Assembly: GCA_012519615.1 (NCBI GenBank)
Contig: JAAYPW010000019.1
Location: 1-13,326, forward strand
Origin: Fusobacteriota bacterium
Lineage (GTDB): Bacteria > Fusobacteriota > Fusobacteriia > Fusobacteriales > JAAYPW01
Length of the DNA: 13,326 nucleotides
Reading direction: 5' to 3'
Position numbers and translations under genes: made by a program. Positions 6,653 through 13,326 of this stretch are shown here, in pieces. The notes under the pieces were generated by a model. That model saw only the letters and a list, made by a program, of their open reading frames with translations, was not told the origin of the DNA and did no database searches. Positions within the stretch are counted from its first letter, which is position 1. Each line of letters starts with the position of its first letter.

Positions 6653-9600
6653 TTAATTTAATTCTACAATTACAAATCCATTATCCGGTACATTTACAGA
6701 ATATGAACCTGAAATAGTTTCTGTAGTTTTACTAAAAGTACCATCACTGTTTGGAGTAATTACTTTATATGTTCCACTACTCATATCTGTGAATGTGTGA
6801 CTATATCCAGCACCCTTACTTATTGCAACATATGCTATTTTTCCATTATGACTTCTTGTGAATATTGCTTTATCTCCACCTAATGTAATATTATTTTGAA
6901 TCCCTTTTTGAATAGCTTCGGATTCTAATCTTACACTATTTAACATTTTTATATGTTTATACATTGGAGGTTTATTCTCTTTTACATAATTAATGCCTCT
7001 ATCCCCAAACATCCATCTTGCTACAACGTCATCTTTATTTGTAGTCGCATATGCACCTTCCCATGCATACATTGCTTCTGTACCATAATATACAATAGGG
7101 ATTCCTCTAAATAGATAAATATAAGTTAATGCATTTTTATATTGTTGCTCGTTAAATATTCCATTTGCTCTGAATACGTCGTGATTATCTACAAACATTC
7201 CTGTCCAAGTAGCTTGTTCTGCTGTAAGCCCCTCAATTTCATCTCTAGATGTCACTGTATTAAATAGAGAATAATCTCCTCCTCCACTGAATACTTTATG
7301 CATCTCTCCAGGATAATCCATACATGATAATTGCATATCTAACATATGAAATGAGTTTGTTTTATCCATGCTATGTCTCTCTATTGCAGTTCCTCTTCCT
7401 GTCCAAGATTCCCCTACCATATAGAAATAATCATTACCGATACTTTTTGCATGATTATACATATCGTCTGCAAATTCTCCCCACCACTCGTTTGTCATAT
7501 AAGCAACTGTATCAATTCTAAATGCATCTACTCCTGCATCTATAAATCTTTTATATACATTTTTTAAATGTTCTCTTGCATCATAACCATCTGGACCTCT
7601 TTCATTAAAGTCAATTAAATCCACACACTGATATCCACCTAAATAGTTAAAAAATCCTTTTGACTTATCTGCTATATCTTTATACGGATCATTTTCAAAA
7701 GAGAATGTTTGTCCATCCATAATCACAGTCCCTTTATCTTTTAACCATTTTGTCGGTGCAGAAGGTGTACCTGGTGTACCGTGATTTACAACAATATCTA
7801 ACATTAATTTCATATCTCTACTATGTAATTCATTTGCTAAAGCTTTAAAATCATCCCATCCATCACTATTTTTTCCACTTGAATGTAAATGTGGATCAAT
7901 TTGGTCAAAGTCAAATCCCCAATATCCATGGAATGCAGATGCTTCATACGAATCAGTTTCGTTGTAATAATAACGCCCTTCTGGTTGCTTCACAACTGGT
8001 GTTATCCATATTGCAGTAAATCCCATCTCTTTAAGATAATCTAGATGTTTTATAATCCCAGCAAAGTCTCCACCATGATAATATGATAATACCCCTGTTT
8101 TAGATTCACTATATTCATACATTTGAGATTCTCCACCTGGTAAATATTCATCTCCCCAAATATTATTATTCGATTTATCTCCATCACAGAATCTATCTGT
8201 CATCATGAAATATATATTTTCCTCTCTAAAGTCTCTAAATGTAGAATTACCTCCACTTCCACCCGAAAATGTATAATTAAAATCTTTTGTAATTTTATTT
8301 CCTGATACATCTACAGCAAGCGTTTTTATTAATGTTCTTTCTGTAATTGTGATTATCTGTCCATTATATAGATAATTAAAATCTTCAATTGGTTCTTTCC
8401 CGTCTATTGTATAATATAGTTTTGGATTACTATCTTTATTATCTGTAATAGTTAGTATTACTTTCACAGTTTCTCCCTCTGTGAATCTCCCTGCATCTGG
8501 TGTAGCCTTTACAATAGGTGCTACAGTATCTTGATTTAATTTAAATATATATGTATATATTTTATTATTACCATCTTTGTCAATTGTATATATTTTTAAT
8601 GTTGTATTATCTGTAATAGCAATTTCCCCACCTAAATACTCCGTACTACTTGCACTTGGTGTAGATCCATTAATTGTATAGTATGCCTTTGGTGATTTAT
8701 CTTGATTGTCTGTTATTTTTAATGTAATATTTAAATTTTCATTTTCATAATATAATATTCCATTTTCTAATTTTGTAGGTTCTGGTAAAATTGACATTTC
8801 AGGTGCAACTGTATCTTTTTCTGGATTTGATGTTTCAAATTTACCATTTATATACCAATATCTCCCTTCAGCTGTAATTTTAAGGTCATCTGTTTTATTA
8901 GCTTCATTATTGGTAAATAATAAATTTATTGATTTTGCATCAGGAAAATACCATTTTTTCCATTCACCATCAGCAGCTTCCATTAATTGCCCTGGCCACG
9001 TTTTAAACTCATTTACCTCACCACTACCATTTTTATTCCAAGCCCATATATGTGTAAATTTAGCATAAACTTCTATTCCTGTAATCTCTTCCTCTTTTTC
9101 TTCCTCTTTAGCTAATACATTTATTGTAATTGAAGCTGTTTTACCATTAGAGGTGGTAACTGTAACTATAGAAGTACCAGCTGAAATTGCTGTGATTACA
9201 CCAATTTCATCAATAGCATTTATATTTATTATATTTGGATTACTTACTTCCCATAATATAGTTTTATTTGTTGTATTTTCTGGTGAAATTGTTGCCGTAC
9301 AATTTATTGTTTCCCCTATTTCCAAATTTATTTTTGTAATTGCTATATTAATAGAGTTTGCAAAAATTTCTTTATCTTTTTCTTCCTCTTTTGGCATCTC
9401 TTTACCGAAATTTACAGAAAAAACAGCTAAATCCTCTAGTCCTACAATACCATCTCCATTAGCATAACAAAATATTCCAGCCCAATTGCCACTACCTTTT
9501 GTAGCAGGTCCAATATCATAAGCAATAATATTTTTCCCAAAATTAGCTTGTAACAATGAAAAATCTTGCATATTTACAATATTATCTCCATTAAAATCAC

Positions 9601-10006
9601 CAAGAAGTTTCTCTCCAGCTCTTTTAGTCGCTTTATCGCTTATTATTGCACTTTCTGATAACTCTTTAATTAAATTTATTGTTCCATTTTTTTTATTTTT
9701 AATTTCAAAAGAGATGTTTTTTTCCATACCGTAATTAGATATGTACAATACTTTCTTTCCCTCTTTTTCCTGTACTATATTAAGATTGTCATTTGAAAAT
9801 AAAACAGTTTCACTACTTAATTCCCCTACAATTTCTATCTCTGTTGCTAATATTTTTTTCTCAGTTGTGACAATAATTCCATCTTCTGTTTTAGTAATAA
9901 TTAATCCTTTACTTGCATTTATCTTATCTGATTCATTATTATTAAAACAACCAGTAAACGCTATTAACATAATCAATGTTAATAATATAATTAGATTTTT
10001 TTTCAA
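6653..10006 (-). CDS. Cell-surface lipoprotein alpha-amylase, GH13, multi-domain (dockerin-like Ca-binding repeat pair, Big_2 Ig-like, CBM25/26-like starch-binding module, two CHB_HEX_C-like domains, GH13 catalytic and C-terminal beta domains)
   Basis: Lipobox signal peptide MKKNLIILLTLIMLIAFTGC. GDFNGDNIVNMQDFSLL and ANGDGIVGLEDLAVFSVNFGK are dockerin-like. GH13 regions are present: DIVVNHGTPG (region I), GVDAFRIDTVAYM (II), MVGESW (III), FVDNHDVFRA (IV). The start is TTG with SD AAAGGGGGA 6 nt upstream. Confidence 0.85.
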   Translation of the reverse strand: MKKNLIILLTLIMLIAFTGCFNNNESDKINASKGLIITKTEDGIIVTTEKKILATEIEIVGELSSETVLFSNDNLNIVQEKEGKKVLYISNYGMEKNISFEIKNKKNGTINLIKELSESAIISDKATKRAGEKLLGDFNGDNIVNMQDFSLLQANFGKNIIAYDIGPATKGSGNWAGIFCYANGDGIVGLEDLAVFSVNFGKEMPKEEEKDKEIFANSINIAITKINLEIGETINCTATISPENTTNKTILWEVSNPNIININAIDEIGVITAISAGTSIVTVTTSNGKTASITINVLAKEEEKEEEITGIEVYAKFTHIWAWNKNGSGEVNEFKTWPGQLMEAADGEWKKWYFPDAKSINLLFTNNEANKTDDLKITAEGRYWYINGKFETSNPEKDTVAPEMSILPEPTKLENGILYYENENLNITLKITDNQDKSPKAYYTINGSTPSASSTEYLGGEIAITDNTTLKIYTIDKDGNNKIYTYIFKLNQDTVAPIVKATPDAGRFTEGETVKVILTITDNKDSNPKLYYTIDGKEPIEDFNYLYNGQIITITERTLIKTLAVDVSGNKITKDFNYTFSGGSGGNSTFRDFREENIYFMMTDRFCDGDKSNNNIWGDEYLPGGESQMYEYSESKTGVLSYYHGGDFAGIIKHLDYLKEMGFTAIWITPVVKQPEGRYYYNETDSYEASAFHGYWGFDFDQIDPHLHSSGKNSDGWDDFKALANELHSRDMKLMLDIVVNHGTPGTPSAPTKWLKDKGTVIMDGQTFSFENDPYKDIADKSKGFFNYLGGYQCVDLIDFNERGPDGYDAREHLKNVYKRFIDAGVDAFRIDTVAYMTNEWWGEFADDMYNHAKSIGNDYFYMVGESWTGRGTAIERHSMDKTNSFHMLDMQLSCMDYPGEMHKVFSGGGDYSLFNTVTSRDEIEGLTAEQATWTGMFVDNHDVFRANGIFNEQQYKNALTYIYLFRGIPIVYYGTEAMYAWEGAYATTNKDDVVARWMFGDRGINYVKENKPPMYKHIKMLNSVRLESEAIQKGIQNNITLGGDKAIFTRSHNGKIAYVAISKGAGYSHTFTDMSSGTYKVITPNSDGTFSKTTETISGSYSVNVPDNGFVIVELN

Positions 10007-10078
10007 TTTTTTCCCCCTTTTTAATTTTATTTTTTATTATTACAATATATAATAGCAAGTTTAATTCAATTTATACTT

Positions 10079-10105
10079 TTGTTTTCTAATAAAACGTGAT
10101 ATAAT
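10079..10105 (+). promoter_or_regulatory. Putative sigma-70 promoter for hisA: extended -10 TGATATAAT (10097-10105) with a weak -35-like TTGTTT
   Basis: TGnTATAAT lies about 34 nt upstream of the ATG at 10139. SD AAAGGTGG is 7 nt upstream of the ATG. Confidence 0.4.
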
Positions 10106-10138
10106 ATATAAAAATAACTTTGAAAGGTGGTAATTACT

Positions 10139-10903
10139 ATGTTTCGTCCATGTATTGATATACATAATGGTAAGGTAAAACAGATTGTTGGTGGTACTTT
10201 AAATGATAGTGGAGATGGTTTAGTTGAAAATTATGTTTCCGAAAAAGAACCTGCTTACTATGCAAATTTATTTAAAAAAGATAATCTTAAAGGTGGGCAT
10301 GTGATTATGCTAGGTGAGGGAAATAAGGACGCTGCTGTTAATGCATTATCAGCATATCCTAATGGTCTACAAATTGGCGGTGGGATTAATTCTAACAATG
10401 CAATGTTTTATTTAGATAATGGTGCCAGTCATGTAATTGTAACATCATATGTATTTCAAGATGGTAAGATTAATTTTGATAACCTTAAAAAACTTGTTCA
10501 TACTGTAAAAAAAGATAACCTTGTTTTGGATTTAAGTTGCAGAATTAGAGATGGAAAATACTATGTAGTTACCGATCGTTGGCAAAAATTTACAGATTTT
10601 TATCTTAATAAAGAAAATATCTCTATGTTATCAGAATTTTGTGATGAATTTCTTATACACGCTGTAGATGTAGAGGGGAAAAAACAGGGATTTGATGTTA
10701 ATCTTGTACATAATCTATTAGAATGGAGTGATATTTCATTTACATATGCAGGCGGGATTAAATCCTACGATGATATAAATCTTTTAAATAATATTGGTAA
10801 TAAAAATCTTCACTACACAATAGGAAGTTCGTTAGATATTTTCGGTGGGGAACTAAGTTATAATGAGGTTGTGAAATTACAAAATAAATATAAAAAAGTT
10901 TAG
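10139..10903 (+). CDS. hisA: ProFAR isomerase, eukaryotic-type HisA (His6-like); 1-(5-phosphoribosyl)-5-[(5-phosphoribosylamino)methylideneamino]imidazole-4-carboxamide isomerase
   Basis: His6-type motifs MFRPCIDIHNGKVKQIVGGTL, VDLSCR, EFLIHAVDVEG, YAGGIKS and GSSLDIFGG. The likely start is the ATG at 10139 (SD AAAGGTGG), not the GTG at 10127, which lies inside the SD. Confidence 0.75.
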   Translation: MFRPCIDIHNGKVKQIVGGTLNDSGDGLVENYVSEKEPAYYANLFKKDNLKGGHVIMLGEGNKDAAVNALSAYPNGLQIGGGINSNNAMFYLDNGASHVIVTSYVFQDGKINFDNLKKLVHTVKKDNLVLDLSCRIRDGKYYVVTDRWQKFTDFYLNKENISMLSEFCDEFLIHAVDVEGKKQGFDVNLVHNLLEWSDISFTYAGGIKSYDDINLLNNIGNKNLHYTIGSSLDIFGGELSYNEVVKLQNKYKKV

Positions 10904-11182
10904 ACTTATTATAAATTTATGTATATTTTTACTAATTAAAAACGTAAAGAGTAACATCTTCTAGATTAATAAAAGTATAAATACTAAAATAAGAATGTGG
11001 ACTTTTTCTAATTTAATATGCAGGAAATTTAATGTAAATATAGACAATTTTGAAAAATAAAGTCCAAACATTATTTTAATCACAGATTAAATGCAGCGAT
11101 TAGAGCATAGAACTTAGTTTTAAAAAAAGTAATAAAATTTTTATATTTTAAATGAACATGAAATTCAAAAATAAAATTAAAT

Positions 11183-11223
11183 TTAATAAAAAAAAGGTTA
11201 TTCAATTAATGAATAACCTTTAT
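11183..11223 (-). terminator. Strong rho-independent terminator for the DUF4914 gene
   Basis: Perfect 12-bp stem (11193-11204 / 11210-11221, AAAGGTTATTCA / TGAATAACCTTT) with loop ATTAA, followed on the minus-strand RNA by U8 (plus-strand A8 at 11185-11192). Confidence 0.8.
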
Positions 11224-11230
11224 ATATATA

Positions 11231-13138
11231 TTATTTAATTTTCATCTCTAAAAATTTTAGATAATCTGATACTTTTCCATCATTAAGAGCACACTCTATA
11301 ATTTCTCTTCCTAAAGGATCTAATTCTGGTGTTAAATATTTTCTTAACTCTTTTTTAAAGAACTCTGTTAATATTTCAGCACCTTTGTAGTATGCTTCCT
11401 CTCCTAATTCTGGTTGTAAATCTGTTTGTAAGAATACTTTTCTTATATGAGTACCATCTATTTTTAAGCTCTCTAATGCATACCCTAATAATGGACATTT
11501 TGATTCTACTAATTGGTCATCAGTAAATTTCGCTCCACCTTTTCTTGATATATATTCTCTAGCTACCCATTCAGCCATAAATCCAACTTTATAGCTTCCT
11601 AAATGTTGATTCGGTATTAATACATATCTTGTTTCTGGTGTGTTAATAATTTGTTTTAAAAGTAAATTCGCTTGGTCAACTCTTTTACCTGTAGCAAATG
11701 GCCAATATGAGCCTACACCTTCACTACCCATTCCAGAATCATCTTTTGTAACAATACTTGGATTTGCATATCCTCTTGGTGCTACAAGTCTCCATATCCA
11801 TGCAAGTGCTGGTGGTAATACATGGAATAATCCTAAAATACCATATGTCGGATTTTCTCTTGTTGAAGGGGGCATTCTTACTCCAAAACTTCTTACATCA
11901 ACTTCCACAGGGTCATCAACAATGTTTGGTATATGATGTCTAGGTAATATAACTCTTGGATTTGGACAAGGTTTACCTGGTGAATCTAACGTATGTTCCC
12001 AAATTAAACAAGTTGCATTTGGTGTACCATCTATATTTAAGAATATTAAAGGCTCTTTTGGATGAGTACATAATCTTTCATAATAAGGATCTGTACCATA
12101 TTTATTAATGTGGTCTATTCTTAAGAACCATCCATCTTCAGCATCTTTAACTACTAATTTTTTTCCATTTTGTAATGATGGATGGCATAAAGCCATATCA
12201 TCTGTAACTGGTTCAAGTATTCCTACTTCTTTCATCTCCATAAATACATCTTCGCCAGTTTTAACATTTTTACCAAATAGCATTTTACCATCTGGTTCTC
12301 TGTGAATTGGTTCTAGCATTTCACTTTTACCTCCACCACTAGCACCTTCGTGCATAATAGCTAAAGTATTGTCATAAGGTGTGATTATTCTAACTGTAGA
12401 AGCATGTGCTGTTACCCATCCCTCTTCCTCTTTTTCACCAAGATTTAAAAGTACTCCGTATACACCTTTTTTTGCACTTGGTCCTGGATATAGATTGTAT
12501 GAGAATAATTCATGCAATTCATGCTCTGTTTTGATTCTATTATGTACTACAATTTGTTTACCATTAAAATGCGTATGTCTAAATGTTGGCGCTAAATATA
12601 TAATAGCTTTTGGATCATAAACTTCCCCAATTTTACTAGCCGGAATTAATTTTTGTAAATCAGATAATCCCGCAGCGAAAAATGCAGCATTTGCTGGTGA
12701 AATAAGTAATGAAGGGTATCCTAGTTCACTTCCACCTGACATAAATGGCATTACGATTAAATCTTGCTCCGCTAACCATTTAAATGTATCCATTCTAACA
12801 TCAGAAAAATTATTATCATATGCATCTATATATTTCTTTTTATCAGTAGCAGATAAATCTGCAATTACCATACTGTCTGGGTCTCTTCTTCTCATATATG
12901 CATCTGTGTAGTTAACAGCTGCTCCATTTTTACATTTTGCAACAGTTGCTTCTACTATTCTACCATGACCTTCTACATCATAAGCTACTTCAAATAGATC
13001 TTCATTTTTTTCACCAAAAGCCATATCTACTAATTCACTTCTACTTTCAGGAACAAATACTTTCTTATTTGACTTGTCTAAAAGCTCTTTTAATTCTACT
13101 GGTAAAATTATTTTTTTTAAAAGTTCTCTTCCACTCAT
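11231..13138 (-). CDS. DUF4914 family protein; HprK/PEPCK-like P-loop (GASGGGKSE) putative kinase or nucleotide-binding protein
   Basis: 635-aa conserved protein with the Walker-A-like GASGGGKSEM, resembling the HprK/P GxSGxGKSE and PEPCK P-loops. SD AAAGGAG is 6 nt from the ATG. Local GC is visibly higher than in the neighbouring genes. Confidence 0.6.
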   Translation of the reverse strand: MSGRELLKKIILPVELKELLDKSNKKVFVPESRSELVDMAFGEKNEDLFEVAYDVEGHGRIVEATVAKCKNGAAVNYTDAYMRRRDPDSMVIADLSATDKKKYIDAYDNNFSDVRMDTFKWLAEQDLIVMPFMSGGSELGYPSLLISPANAAFFAAGLSDLQKLIPASKIGEVYDPKAIIYLAPTFRHTHFNGKQIVVHNRIKTEHELHELFSYNLYPGPSAKKGVYGVLLNLGEKEEEGWVTAHASTVRIITPYDNTLAIMHEGASGGGKSEMLEPIHREPDGKMLFGKNVKTGEDVFMEMKEVGILEPVTDDMALCHPSLQNGKKLVVKDAEDGWFLRIDHINKYGTDPYYERLCTHPKEPLIFLNIDGTPNATCLIWEHTLDSPGKPCPNPRVILPRHHIPNIVDDPVEVDVRSFGVRMPPSTRENPTYGILGLFHVLPPALAWIWRLVAPRGYANPSIVTKDDSGMGSEGVGSYWPFATGKRVDQANLLLKQIINTPETRYVLIPNQHLGSYKVGFMAEWVAREYISRKGGAKFTDDQLVESKCPLLGYALESLKIDGTHIRKVFLQTDLQPELGEEAYYKGAEILTEFFKKELRKYLTPELDPLGREIIECALNDGKVSDYLKFLEMKIK

Positions 13139-13326
13139 CTTTTTCTCCTTTGTATTGATATATTTTTTCTATATCTCTTTTATTTTTTTATTATAACAGT
13201 ACTAAATTTTTGTACACTCAATTATGTTATTTTACTAAATTAATTCTATTTTGTCAATCATTTTTTATAATTTAACTAAAATTAACTCTATACTTATATT
13301 ATTTTTCATTACAAAATCGCTATTTA

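Noticed and set aside
6614-9724. 16-nt exact duplicate aaaagagatgtttttt at 6614-6629 (amylase terminator) and 9708-9723 (amylase codons EKNISFE)
   Set aside because: Low-complexity AT-rich string. A chance match is plausible in a 13-kb AT-rich window, and there is no flanking similarity suggesting a repeat element.
1-13326. Search for CRISPR arrays, tRNA/rRNA genes, IS elements, integrases or other mobile-element signatures
   Set aside because: No direct-repeat/spacer periodicity, no tRNA-like GC-rich cloverleaf segments, and no transposase or integrase-like ORFs were seen. The window looks like ordinary chromosomal context.

Overview
Very AT-rich bacterial chromosomal segment (roughly 25-30% GC by eye; low-GC Firmicutes/Fusobacteria-like). 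It carries nine credible genes, none of them mobile, CRISPR or RNA genes. On the minus strand: a PP-loop (ThiI/MnmA-like) ATPase; a tightly coupled two-gene module (an SPFH/Band-7 YdjI-like protein fused to three C-terminal zinc ribbons, plus a tail-anchored double-zinc-ribbon partner); a maltose/galactoside O-acetyltransferase interrupted by an in-frame TAA; dprA; a 1117-aa surface lipoprotein alpha-amylase (GH13 with dockerin-like, Big_2, starch-binding-like and CHB_HEX_C modules); and a DUF4914 HprK/PEPCK-like P-loop protein. On the plus strand: a GNAT acetyltransferase and a lone eukaryotic-type (His6-like) HisA. Three strong rho-independent terminators were found. The most unusual features read directly from the sequence are two genes (SPFH and PP-loop) whose strong Shine-Dalgarno sits 31-32 nt upstream of the start codon with a perfect 9-bp hairpin filling the gap, and a weaker version of the same layout at dprA. 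The SPFH/zinc-ribbon pair is the best candidate for an under-described system. All family assignments come from recognised motifs, not database searches.
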